Source: Eledone cirrhosa
Lineage: Eukaryota
Length of the DNA: 64,000 nt
NCBI GenBank assembly: GCA_964016885.1
Contig: OZ024741.1
Location: 358,856,001-358,920,000 of the forward strand
Reading direction: 5' to 3'
Made by a program: the position numbers and the translations under genes
Shown: in pieces, positions 38,720 through 51,986 of the stretch
Layout: every line of letters begins with the position of its first letter
How positions within the stretch are numbered: the first letter of the stretch is position 1
The notes under the pieces: generated by a model
Databases searched by the model: none
Told to the model about the DNA's origin: nothing
The model's input: only the letters and a program-made list of their open reading frames with translations

Positions 38720-38940
38720 GTGATGGTGATGCTGGTGGTTTTGGAGGTGGAAGTGGTGATGGGCATTGTCAGCATCATGTTGGTGGTAATGCTGAGAGTG
38801 GTGGTGAGGGTGATGATTATAGTGGTGATGGTGTTGATGGTTGTAATGGTACTAGTTGTGTTGGTGGTAGTGGTATTGTTGGAAGCAGCAGCGGCAGTGG
38901 TGGTGTGATACTGGTGTTGGTGATAATAATGATGATGAGA
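38720..38940 (+). repeat. Degenerate (GGT/GAT)n low-complexity tract
   Basis: Direct reading. Confidence 0.85.
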
Positions 38941-39099
38941 GTGAGAGATTGATTTAATCTAAACATGAATAATTTACAAGAGGTTTTGTATGATAAAACC
39001 AGAAGCATTTTGAGGCTAGTTGATTCTAACAAGTTAACACTTCCAGTCATGACAAGGTTTGACTATATCCCAAATAATTTCCAAACTATATCAGCATGA

Positions 39100-39560
39100 C
39101 ACAATATGTGACCAGGCTCATACAGAACTATTTCTGACTTGGTTTCTACAGCTGGATGCCCTTCCTACCAACCAGATTTACAGTGAAGGCTGGGTGCTTT
39201 TCGTCATGACACCTACACAACCACTCTACACTGTTGACTGAGTGCTTTTTATTGTAGCACTGTAACAATCACTTTACAGTGTAGTGTGGGCACTTTTGTT
39301 GTGTCACCAAAACGCCCACTTTACAATGTGGATTGGGAACTTTTGTCAGGTCTCCAACATGACCACTTTACAGGTTGGGTTGGGAGCTTTTGTGGTTTTG
39401 TCAACATGCCCACTATATAGGATGGGCTGGGGGATTATTGTTATGTCGTACAGGGGTGGGGGTGTATGTAGAGTGGAACTTAGAGAGGTAGGTCTAGGGT
39501 GGAGTGGGGTGATTAGCTGTTGAGAGATGGAGTGCTCTGCCAGGTTTAAAATGCCTAACA
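39100..39560 (-). mobile_element. Old RTE 3' UTR with about 6 sub-repeats
   Basis: tttctacagctggatgcccttcct followed by repeated actttacagtgtggactgggtgctttt-like units. Confidence 0.75.
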
Positions 39561-39724
39561 AATGCCATATGTCACTACTGCATCCCTACAATCACTCCAG
39601 GGTTTATGTTTGTTTGTTTCTTTGCGCTTGTTTGTTTGTTTATTTGTGTGTGTGTGTGTGTGTGTGTGATGTGGTAAAAAAAAATCAGTGGATATGAAAA
39701 CGGAAAACAGTGCTCAATCTGGTA

Positions 39725-39915
39725 TATATTATACTATTTATTTCTGTTCATATACAGAACAAAAACATTCTATAAGGTTTCATGGTCCAATTATGACCAT
39801 CTCCCCAGATTGAAAAAGTAATCAAAATTACAACCTGGAGAGACGGTCATAATTGAACCTTGAAACCTTAGGTAGCATTTTTGTTCCATGTATGAACATA
39901 AATAAATAATATATA
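39725..39915. repeat. Diverged inverted repeat with a decayed hammerhead-like motif
   Basis: ~80-bp arms; the right arm reads ctggaga-gacggtcataattgaacctt-GAAA-ccttagg-TA. Confidence 0.75.
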
Positions 39916-40397
39916 TATATATATTAAAAAAAATAAAATCCACCTCGTAAGCTTGTCTCTTCATCATCATCGTTTATCACCATTTACCATCAAAACAACA
40001 CACAACATGCGGTGTGAAGCACTGTCTCTTTCTTTCTTCCCTTCCCTTTCTCCTTCACACTTGTAGAAAAAGTCAATCTCCCTGCAGTAATGGAGGACTG
40101 AAATCTTAAAGCTAAGACCATAGATATATTTCTCAGTTTCATCTATTTATCAATCTCTTTTTTTAACATTTCATCTACTTATTACTAACATCTCAGTTAT
40201 TTATTACGATGGCTAGCTATCTACCTATCTCTTTCAGATGCTGACTCTGGATACCTCCTACCCACCCCTATTTGACTAGCTGTTTGGCAGGCATCGCTTT
40301 GTGCTCCTGCCTTTTTCCTTTTCCTTACACACTTACACACCCCAATACATATCCTCCAATATTATGAATGTCAATTCACTACTCTGTACAATTTAAT

Positions 40398-40640
40398 GAC
40401 TGCACAAGACAAATGTGGACTCCGCAAACCTTAGTGAAGACAACCCATCTAGGGGAATAGTGACTCTGATTAAAAACAACTGCACAGGGCAGACGTGGAC
40501 TCCGCAAACCTTAGTGAAGGCAACTCGTCTAGGAGAGTAGTGACTCTGATTTAAAATGACTGCACAGGGCAGACATGGGCTCCATAAGCCGTAGTGAAGG
40601 CTACCCGTCTAGGAGTGTAGACACTCCAAATAAAAACTGA
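40398..40640 (+). repeat. 79-bp tandem repeat x3
   Basis: Unit actgcacagggcagacgtggactccgcaaaccttagtgaaggcaactcgtctaggagagtagtgactctgatttaaaatg. Confidence 0.9.
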
Positions 40641-41493
40641 TAGCGGGTGGAGAGGACTCTAAAGTCTTCTAAGACAATCTCTCTAGTGCTGGTGGAACGA
40701 ACAATGTGCCCAGTCCATGCTGTAAAGTGGTTGGTGATAGGAAGGGCATCTAGTTAGTAAAACCCAGCCAAAATTATGAAAAGCACAACCAATATGATGA
40801 TGATATATATATATATACATGTGACAATTAAAAGACATGGTCCAGTCATATACAAATGCAGGACCTTATAATTGCAAATCAACCTTCTTAACCACTCAGC
40901 TAGGCCTGAGTCCATCCCAGAACCACAGGGTCTATAAAATCAGGACTTATCTCTGGCTTTTGGTGAGCAAGGTGGATTTAAGAGGGTGATAGTGAATGAA
41001 AGGAGAAAGCAAGAAAGAGAGCTGTCTGAGCAGTGTCTATGTGAAAAGATGCAGAAACACACACACTCACACAATGAAAGAAACTGATTGTTAGATTGGA
41101 CGAAGGAAACAATGTTTCCATTGGTATTTCCATTGCTGATATTATCTGTTGGATATAACTCCTGGCAATAAGAGGAGAAATTTGAACTCATAATGCACAG
41201 AGCCAAATTAGATACTGCAAGGCATCCACTCTGACTTTTTAATAATTCTGCTAATCAACCATCCCTGGACTGGCATTTTACTTTTCAACCCCAAAAAGAT
41301 GAAATACAAGATTGATCTCAACAGGATTTGAACTCAGAATGTAGTGGAATAGAACAGATACCAAGGCATTTTATTCAATACCCTAATGACTCAGCCAATT
41401 CACACACATATATAGTAACATGCCTATTGACAAGAAAACACAATACCAAAAACAAACATACAAATGAAAAAATCAGTTCCATACCATGCTTAC

Positions 41494-41620
41494 CTGCAAG
41501 AGGATTCTCACTTAGTGGCAAATTGAATAATTCACAGAATGATTTGTCATCGTCTGTCATGAGGTCCACCATATGATCTATATCATCTCGGTCTTCAAAC
41601 TGACTTAAAGGTAGGATGTG
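41494..41620 (-). CDS. GRAMD4: GRAMD4-like exon (127 bp, phase 0-1); the most 5' exon found
   Basis: cttatgacag|HILPLSQFEDRDDIDHMVDLMTDDDKSFCELFNLPLSENPLA|gtaagc; start of the GRAM domain (F.ELFNL...E.PLA). Confidence 0.9.
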
Positions 41621-41839
41621 CTGTCATAAGAAATAATATGGACATTTTTTCCAATGTTATTATTGATGTAAAGACAACAGAATTCAATATACTAAAGAAG
41701 CAAATGGATCAAATAACCACCTGAAATCAGAGATATTGCTATGCATATCTGAAGTATATATATATACTAAGCAGGAAGGAAGAACTTTGCTTGTAGAAGA
41801 TGTACAGGAGAAATTGAGAGAAATACTGCTAATGATATT

Positions 41840-42472
41840 AACCTTTTCCAGTCACAGGAACGATCCATAGACGTGGTTGATAGCTCCTGCTATCTAGGTG
41901 ATCTAATTAGCAGTGGAGAAGGGTGCTCCAAAAGTACAATAACTAGAATAAGTATAGGATGGAAGAAGTCTAGAGAACTACTCCCACTGTTGACAACAAA
42001 AGGTTTCTCCCTACATACAAAATAAAGGCTGTGTGTGAAGTGTAATGCTGCATGGTGGTGAAACATGGGCTGTGACTGCAGAGGACATGTGTAGACTGGA
42101 GAAAAATGAAGCAACCATGTTCTGTTAGATGTGCAATGCAAATGTGAGAGAAAGACAGAGCTTGGATGAGCTGAGGGAGTAGCTGGGTTTAAGGGGAATC
42201 CAAGATGGTGTGCAGGAGAGAGGACTCTGTTGCTATGGACATATGATGCACATGGTCAATGACCAATGAGTGAGGAAATCCCAGTGGAAGGAAGCCACAG
42301 AAGAGGACAACCAAGAAAGAGCTGGGCAGAGGTTGTGAGAACAGACCACAAACCGCTAAGACTGGCAGAGGAGATGACGAAGGAACGTGACAATTGGAGA
42401 GATGCAGTGCTGAGGAGGACCCGTCCAACTCGTGCAAGCATTGAAAAGTGGACGTAAAAACGATGATGATGA
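41840..42472 (+). mobile_element. Decayed RTE 3' fragment
   Basis: VVDSSCYLGDLISSGEGCSKSTITRISIGWKK...ERGLCCYGH...RGQPRKSW, with stops; (GAT)n tail. Confidence 0.88.
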
Positions 42473-42719
42473 TATATAGTAGGATGGTATTCCATTAAAA
42501 AACAGAAGGGAACCACAATTAAAGTAAGGTACTCAATACATCAAGTAGAAAAGGTACTTAGTTTTATTTCAGTTAAAGATGACTTCTACAGGACTAATTC
42601 TTTTTCATTCAGAATTCAAATCATCAGGAAAGCCCCTCATGATTTCACCACCAAATATAGAAGTCACTTCTAAATGAAATAATCATAATTATCTTATATA
42701 CATATTTAGGTGCTTATAT

Positions 42720-43262
42720 CACAGAAAGCAGGGGTGATTTTACGTAAGGAAAGGGCAGGCTGCAATAAATCAGCTAGACAAAAATGGAAGTCTAACATGG
42801 ACAGAAAACTGAAACTTAGATTTTTCAGGATAAGTGTAGAAAGTATTCTGTAATAGAACTTAGAAACTTGGATCATAACATGAAACCTAAAAATAAAAAC
42901 AGATGGATTATATACTAAGCTATTGAGAATGATTTTTAACATCAGCTAGAGGGATCATATAACCAACAGAGGGCTATACCAAGGCCTATCATGGCTATCA
43001 GATACCATTCAGTAGAGAAGATTATGTTTTGCTGGCCATTGGCACAGAGCTGGTGACAAACCAATTACTAAGCTTTTATTTCTGTTGCCATCAGAATTAG
43101 GAGACACAGAGCAGCAGGAATGAAGGTTTTTCAAAAATGCTCAGAGAGGATACTGGTATAAACTCTGATTCTGAAATGAAAGTCTTGATGGGGGACAAAG
43201 GCATATGGAGGCAAAGAGTGAGAGATGTTATAGTTTCATCTGCGAATGACATGATGATGATG
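42720..43262 (+). mobile_element. Decayed RTE-X-like LINE 3' fragment
   Basis: WKSNMDRKLKLRFFRISVESIL...RRLCFAGH...LREDTG...MGDKGIWR; (GAT)n tail. Confidence 0.75.
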
Positions 43263-43562
43263 ATAGATACATATATATATAGCATACGTGATTTAGTGAA
43301 TTACTGGTGGTGGTACCAAAGTCAGCACTTAATGTACAGGCAGAGTATATAAAGAAAAATGATGAAGTTTTGTTTACATGCATTTAGTTTTTTATTGTGT
43401 ATCAACCTGTTATGCACATTTCTCAGAAGATTGGCTGAAGGTCACCTATAGAAATTATGAAACCAACTCCATTATCGATCAGCTCTTCAGACTGGTGATT
43501 CAATAAAAAGCTAAATACATGTAAACGAAACTTATCATTTTTCTTAAGGTATATATATATAT

Positions 43563-44224
43563 TATAGTTAAAACAGGGCTATTAGGGGAAAATATTCTCT
43601 ACTACCTAGTCGCTCTCATTACTCACTCAATGAGACAAGATTTGAATGTATAATTATGTGAATCTGTACTCAGAGTGCTTACCGAAGCTTATTTGTAACG
43701 AGTGGAGTTGCACAGTTTCCCAGACTTAGATTTCTACAATGATCACTGATCAGATAAGAGCATTTGTAACTCATTTTTCACAGTGGTTGCATAGTGGTGC
43801 AATGTATACATGCCATTAACTACATTGTTTTCTCAACTGATGCTCTCAGGTGGTAACAGAGGGCGAAAGTAGCCAACTGGCTATATATTGTCATGGACTT
43901 CTACTGCGTATTCTAGCAAAAGAAGCATAACGTCATACGGGTATGAAAAATCATCTAGTGTGTGGGATGGTGCTTAGTGGTAAATTCAAAATGAAATATA
44001 TTATGAAGTTGTGGCTTGATAGATCTCGACCAATTGTAAAATACAAAACAGAATTGCAAAGGAATACAGAGGTAATTGAATTATGAAAATACATTTACTC
44101 ACAATTTTCATGCTGTTAATTGGGAGAAAATAGTTTACTTTTAGTTAAAACAAGGCTATAAGGAAAAAATATTCACTACTTCCCTGTTGCTCTCATTAAT
44201 CACTCAATAAGACAAGATCTGAAA
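43563..44224. mobile_element. Element bounded by ~85-bp diverged direct repeats
   Basis: tagttaaaacagggctattaggggaaaatattctctactac...agacaagatttgaa occurs at 43563-43648 and again at 44142-44224. Confidence 0.6.
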
Positions 44225-44480
44225 TCATCATCACTATCAACAGCATTTAATATGCATTTTCCACACTTGGATGGGTTAGACGAGTTGTTGCATTATGAGA
44301 CAAATCAAGTCAGGTGACCACATTTTACTCATAAGGACTTATATTTTGATTTAGTTTCTATGGCTGGATGCCCTTCTTAACACCAGTGTGGACTGGGTGC
44401 TTTTTATCATGGCACCGAAATGACCACATAACTGGGTGAACTGGGGTGCTTTTTGTCAAGTCACTCATATATATATATAT

Positions 44481-44833
44481 CATCATCACCGTTTTACGTC
44501 CGTTCTTCCACGCTAGCATGGGTTAGACGGGTTGTTCTGTTGTGGGCAGTGTCTGGTCGGCTGACCATGCCTTGCTCATACAGGAACTGATTTGGCTTGA
44601 TTTCTACAGCTGGATGCCCTTCCTAACACCAACCTCATTTACAGTGTGGGCTGGGTGCTTTTTTTTGCCGTGGCACCTCCACGACCACCTTGTAGTGGGA
44701 GGGTGTGGGGGCATATTCTCTATATGCTTCAGCTTGTACCCATGGGAGGTCGGGTACTCTGTATTACTGCGTGACGCCAGAGGTCACGGTCGTGTGTCAT
44801 CGCCTTTGAGAGGTGTAATTGGGTAAGGTCGGC
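44481..44833 (-). mobile_element. Young RTE 3' fragment
   Basis: Close to the reverse complement of 62740-63125 but lacking one 40-bp sub-repeat; both ends lie in (TA)n. Confidence 0.92.
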
Positions 44834-45299
44834 TTATATATATATACACATACATATATATATATATATATACAAATATACATAATAAAATATTTTAGTT
44901 TGTTTGAAGCATTGTATATAATATATAATGTGGAAAGTGATATATGTAAGAAGGCTCTAAATAATGCAAAATAGACAGTAAGACGAAGGCAACGAAAAAG
45001 TTAATTACCTAGTAGACTTTGTTTTATATTTTGTTACTGCTTTTGTCCTAATATTTTTGGACTTAAAATTACTTTCGTCAGAGTATAAGGAACTCTCAGG
45101 AAAAAAAAAGCTTTGAAATTAGCTTTAAATTTCAAATTTATTAAGTGCTTTCAAGTGTTGTTTGATATTTGCTGTAGTATTCATGAGATGCAGGAGGATG
45201 ATATCAATTGCCATATGTAATATCTCATGTGTAGTAGTGGTGTTGTTTTCTGAGCTGCCTACCAAACCAAATGACTCTCAGTCATAAACAATGCCACCG

Positions 45300-45755
45300 A
45301 CAACACCACTATTACTGCAATGAACAACACTAAATTTCCAAGATACCACCTCAAATATCCACTCTTTCCACTGCCTGTCAACCGAGAGCTTGACCTAAAA
45401 TTCTCCAGACTAAAGCAGTCTATATTTAGCAAATTACAGAATCATAAGATACTCCTTAATCTCTTCAGGAAACGACACCTCATTCTAAACCATATGCGAG
45501 AGAAGGATGTCTTATACCCACCTTCCAACAAAGGGAAAGAATTTTGCATCATTTCTTGGGACACATACAAAAGCTTGGCAATATGAGTGCCTTAACAACA
45601 GTGAACTATATACAGAAGTGACAGACATAGATGCATCCCAGATTGAAGATTACATAAACACGACCTGGACGGACATCTGCAGACGGAGACAGCTTTCCAA
45701 CAAATATACAAACAACTTCACCATGAGAAACAGCAGACTGGAAGATAGGAGATAG
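45300..45755 (+). mobile_element. Penelope-like ORF remnant (pre-RT DKG region)
   Basis: DVLYPPSNKGKEFCIISWDTY...LNNSELYTEV resembles the PLE (P/A)DKG..V.....Y...L.D...Y motif; frameshifted. Confidence 0.6.
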
Positions 45756-46544
45756 AAAATAGAAAATCTGATTCAGGGACAGCCTGCAAATATGGTCATC
45801 CAACCAATGTTTGGGTTCAACATAATCCTGTGACATAATTCTGTAAATAACACCTGATGTAATCGCCTTGTCTTGTATCATAATCGAATGATACGGTCGG
45901 GCAATCAAAATATGTACTGTGCTTTCATGGAATTAAAATTCTAAAGTAAATTTCCCAGTCCAGCCTTCTGTTGTTGTTTTAATTAATACGTAACTACTTT
46001 CCTGCACCAGCCACAGGATACCACATCTACGATGGATGATTTGCATAATGTTGAGTGATTTAATTAATTTGTTGCATCATCGTTCACTAACCTGAACCAC
46101 CGGTCTACCCATTGGTAAACAGCCTATATACATATATATATATATACATACATATATATATATATACATATACTCCAGTTGGAACCAAAAATTTAAACTA
46201 CTACCACCTCTGTTGGTCAACTAGCAGAGAGTGAAAGAGAGCCTCGGACAGAAACATGAACTTTCCTCTCTAAATATGTATGTAAAAACTAATAATTTTT
46301 CTTCTCCATTTTATTATTATTCATATAAATATGCAATTTAACTGCACTTTACACTTCCGTCGTTGAAAAAGCATATAATACTGAAACTGGTACCACGATT
46401 AAATGTGGAAATCCCCACTTAATAAATAAATGTTTTGATATTATACTGAACAAATCCCTCCAGCATTCTCTACTGTATTTTTTTCTTTTTTGCTATTTGT
46501 TTATATATATCAACTCGTGTGTCACTTTTCTACATTCCATATAT

Positions 46545-46624
46545 AATTATATATATATATATAGATATAGATATATACATGTATATATATATATACACAT
46601 GTATATGTATATATATATATACAC

Positions 46625-46706
<82 letters not shown>

Positions 46707-46717
46707 ATATACACATG

Positions 46718-46748
<31 letters not shown>

Positions 46749-46780
46749 ATATATATACACATGTATATATATATATACAC

Positions 46781-46838
<58 letters not shown>
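46545..46838. repeat. (TA)n with ACATGT interruptions
   Basis: Direct reading; the units are self-complementary. Confidence 0.95.
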
Positions 46839-47666
46839 GAAGTGCAACAAGAAGAAATGTAATCCATGTTCTTACATAAAATTATGATTAAAGGATTTAA
46901 TATAAATATAAACTCTTAACAGGATCAGTATTGTATTATAGAGCAGGAGACAGTTTCAAACAGGCAGTTATCCAAAGAGATAAATTGTTTGGTCAACTGT
47001 ATATATATGTTACTAGAGTTGGGAATACTTTTGACCTAAAGATATTTGCTAAATCAATTTTTTTTCTACTTGGTAGGTCAGGAGAGATTGATACTACTTA
47101 TGTTCTGCTTAAACTGTTTCAGAACCATGTCTATTTGAAAGAAGGTTTCCAAAAAGCTGATGATGTATGTGCAATTTTCATATTATCTAGAAGACCCCCT
47201 TATCATTTTTTTTTATTTCTATGATAATACATAAATTTATATCACCATATTATTTCATTAAGTTAAACATTTTTACTATGTCTTTAATTTCGTTCCATAG
47301 CTGAGATTGTTTAAAGTGTAACAAATGGATATATATCGAGCAGGGTAGACAGAGAGATGAGTAGAGATAGGTAGACAGGTAGCTAGAGAGACAGGCAGAC
47401 AGACAAACAGGCAAACAGACCGACAGGTTTTTAGGGATGGATGGATAGATAGATTTGCCTAATTTCATAGATAAAAAAATAAAACAAATCATCTTTGAAT
47501 ACAATTCATGTTTATTGTAAAGTAAATCGATGATCTCTATAAAATTGAAAACGTGACAAGAATTCTATATACAGTTTGATAGATAAATGTATTTATATAT
47601 ATATATGCACACACATATACACACAAACAAATATATATATATATAGAAGTGGTAACAGTGTTCTAC

Positions 47667-47746
<80 letters not shown>

Positions 47747-47985
47747 TACATATATATATACATACATATATATATATGTATGTATATATAATGTATCTGT
47801 ACCAAAACACAGCCACTGCACTTGCTATTAACTAAAATGTGAGTATTCCGAACAATGGGATGCAGTTTCACTATTGCAATCATATAGATTCATTGAGTAG
47901 GTGAGTCATGGCCGGAGATCGATGAAATGGTATCAACGATTTCATAAACCTTGTATATATAACTATTTTGAAATATTTATAAATA

Positions 47986-48502
47986 CCATATTTCATGGCT
48001 AATTAGATGTTACACATTTCTTGGCGCTTAAGAAACATACCTCTCGCAGCCAAAACAATGCTTTCATCACATATTCCATGGTGTTTGCGGCTATAGTTTT
48101 TTTTATCAATCCATAAATCAAATATAATCAATTTTATGTCTGAATTAACACTAATAAATTTTACTATATGTAAATTTAGTGCTTCTGGTGTATTTGCCAA
48201 GATTGGTGATAATTTCAATTTAAAATCTGTTCAGCAGGTGTGTACCCAGGCCTTTCATATGGTTTAACCTAGCCATAAATCAAACCTAACCTTATTTCTG
48301 TATCCAAAAATAAATATATTTAATGTAAATTTAGTGCTCTATCCTGGTTTGTGATGAACTTGCCATGTTTAGTGATGAAATAGGCTGAAATGGGGTTGGG
48401 TCTCAACGAAAGAAATATTACTATTTAACTTTTTTCTGATTATTACCTTCTAAATTGGGGTGCATCAATACATCAGAGCATCTTATAAGCCATGAAATAT
48501 GA
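47986..48502. mobile_element. Old Tc1/mariner (pogo-like) non-autonomous element
   Basis: TA|ccatatttcatggctaattagatg ... catcttataagccatgaaatatga|TA; TIR related to 23150-23318. Confidence 0.7.
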
Positions 48503-50536
48503 TATATAGAAAACAAATAAATAGAAATTTAACAAAAACTGAAATCCAACGAAACATCATGCAGATGATCAAGCAAAAATAAAATAAAAAAATAAATTAC
48601 ATGAGAAATGTTAATAAATTAAATTAATAGCTTGTTATTAAGATATATATTTCTAAAGAACCAGTGAATGTAAGTGGCCAAGTTGTTAGACTAGAGGGGA
48701 TTATACTCATATGGTTGTGGGTTCAAATCCCTGATCATGCAGCACATTGTGTCTTTGAGCAATATACTTCATTTAGTTTTACTTTAGTAAATGTAGTTGA
48801 AAAAAATTATTACCAGCATGGGGTTCACTCCACGAAAGACTGATGTGTTGCCCAAAAGGGAGTCAGCTACTCTCAGTTGCTTAATGCCAGTGGAAATGGA
48901 CTAAGTTGCTGATAAATGAGTCTCTGGGCTTGTGACAGTCTTTAACTTCTTTTATAAGATCAATACTAAATTCTGATTTCTATATTGCTTAAAGGATGAG
49001 AGATAAATCTCTCCATGGATAGGATGCTACTTGATTGCAAGCAACATTCCTATAGAAAGTATCTAGGTAAACTGAGGCAATTTAGAATAATGAATCATGT
49101 TCAGTAGTATAATGATATACTGGTGGTGGACTTCAACACTTCACCTATAGTCTCATCAACAAATATATGGAAATTCTTAGTAAGAGACACCTAATGTTAT
49201 TTAACATAAAATCAGTCCCCAATGAAGATTTTGGTTATATATAATATATGATAGATTCTTTTATTTATCCTTGGAATGAAGAAAGGCATATATATATATA
49301 TATATACACACTCACACACACATACATATATATATATATGTATATATATTATAAAGAAGGTTCTTTGTCACTATTACACAGAATATCTCAATGAAAAGTT
49401 AGCTAAAAATATCTAATTCAGAGAAGAGTATACATATAGAATAACTTATACAAAGTTACTGACAGGTAGATTCCTAGTAAAGCAACCCAAGACAAGAAAG
49501 CTTTACTATCATCCTTTCTCTTACTGCAGTTTTTATTATCAAGAAACAGCATGGATCATCTCAAATGAAATCAGGCAACACTGAAAGAAGATAATCTCAT
49601 CAAAGGGTTTCTTTGAATGTGCAATTAAAGGTAATATTCATCCTTACCGATCCAGTGTGGTGTATAAAATTACATGCATCACCCATACATTTGTATATCA
49701 TGGACAATGTGACAGGTTTAAAGTGATGCTAGAAATAGCTCACATATGACCCATTATCAACTCAACAATTAAGGAGTAACCAATATCACACAAAAGATTC
49801 TTAGTTACTAATATACAGAATATCTCAATGAAAAGATAGCTTAAGAGAAAAGATGTTCTGTATATTAGTGACAAACGGTGGATTGGCAGTATCTGTAGAG
49901 AGTCGGACGCCATGCTTTTCAGCACAGTTACATCCCTTTACGGACTGAGTTCAAATCCCGCCAAGGTTAACTTAGCCTTTCATCCTTACCGGGTCGATAA
50001 AATAAAGTACCAGTAATACACTGGGATAATTGTTGGCCTTGTGCCAAAAGTAGAAACAATTATATATATTGAAAATAATTAGTGCTTAATGGCTGAGTTA
50101 CACTGTTTCAATGGCAAGTGGATAACTGAATTATTTGTTCCTTTTCAGCTATTTCCGCTATTTATTCCGGTGTGTGTCCATGTGCACACCTGGGCTGGAA
50201 TTTTGATTAATGTATTATTCTCCCCCTGCTATTTGTGTGTGTGGTATGGTTATGTGGTACTTAGGTGTCTCTTTTAGTGTCAGTTTATATGCATGCAAGT
50301 GTGTATGTGCATTGAAACTCACAGTGGAGACAACAAAGGATTGCATGTAGAGAGATGTTGTGCTGAAAAGGACCTGTCCAACCCATGCAAGCAGGGAAAA
50401 GTGGACATAAAATGATGATATATATATGAGGTTTTGTTCCCGTAGAGAGTACCATCGCATTTTTTTCTGTCATAGGTTGTGTGTAAAAAATGCTTCATTT
50501 AATTTTTTAGTTTATGATAAAAATTGTAACCGTTAC

Positions 50537-50588
<52 letters not shown>

Positions 50589-51305
50589 TATATACCCATT
50601 AGTTCAGGTTCTTTTGTGTTTGTCCCCCACCACACCCACATAATCTAAAAAACATTACAATAATAAAAGATTAATTAAAAATATATATATTTTTTTAAAT
50701 CAATTATATTTAATAAGTGACTAATTTTTATAAAAATGTAAATCATTGACTCAGATTGAAATTATAAAGAATTCTTTATATTCAAATATGGAAGAAAATT
50801 CTTTTGAATATGTATGTTGTGTTGAATGTAGAGAATATGTATGTTGTGCGACTTTAGAGAATATGTATGCACATTGTTTTGTCTTTAGAGAATGTAGTCT
50901 GGCTATGGTAATAATCTAATGCCAAAAATCAATATCTTCTATGTAACACAAATTAAAACATGCTGGAGGTCTTAGAGAAGCAATAATCATCTATGAAAAG
51001 GAAAGACATTAATGGTACAATTATAAATGCTGGAACCAAATAGCAACAACATTTTAAAGGCTGAATGAGAAGTTAACTTTGTATAAATTGGATAAATTTC
51101 ATACTCATTGTGGATTTTTTTTTAAGCAGTATTTTACAGCTGGATGCCCTTCCTGGCATCAAAACCCTTTTAGTTCCTTCTTACAAAATACAAGGATTTT
51201 TATAATAATATTATGTGGGTGCAGGTATGGCTATTTGGTTTGTTTCAAAAGTTCACCTCACAATCATGAGGTCCTGCATTTGGCAAATGTCTTTACTATC
51301 TATAT

Positions 51306-51586
51306 CAGGGGAGTGCAACATATTCCATTAGCAGGCCACTTTTGAACAACTATTAGGGCCATTAATATTTATTAAGCACTATTCCAAAGATTCACCACAA
51401 CTTCTTTCCATAACATGGAACTGGGAAATTATAACACACATAACCCTATCAGTGTAGCCCTTTAGTATAGGTCAACCAACAGAAAATTGTATTACGGTTA
51501 CAAAAATAAGCCTACAAGGAAAAAACTAAAAACAGTTATGATGGGCCACTCTGACTGGCCCACAGGCTGCCTGTTGCATGCCCCTG
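51306..51586. mobile_element. hAT-type MITE
   Basis: TIRs caggggagtgcaac / gttgcatgcccctg; 8-bp TSD atctatat / atttatat. Confidence 0.78.
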
Positions 51587-51986
51587 ATTTATATATATTC
51601 ATGGTTGTAGACACAGAAGACCATGAATGAGGCTAGAATTCAATACATGTTGTTTAAGTGCAGAGTAGATATAGAGATACAGTATATTCCCAACTAGCTC
51701 ATACATATATGTGTATGTGCATTTTAGTGTGTAAACATATTGCTCTGATCGATAGATAAGATCCCATACCTTATTCACTTGCTGATTGGGGTGGACCTCG
51801 TCAAATCAAACCAAGGAAACAATGTTTCCATTGCTGTTACTATCTACGGTCACAATTCCTGCCAGAAGGAGCAACGTGAAATAAAGTGTCTTGCTCAAGG
51901 ACACAATGCATTACCTGGTTTGAGAATTGATTGCGAATCCAACTCTCTAACCACTAAGCCACACACCTTTTCGATATATATATATA

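Noticed and set aside
38720-38908. Val/Met-rich membrane-protein-like ORF
   Set aside because: Degenerate GGT/GAT trinucleotide tract in an intron.
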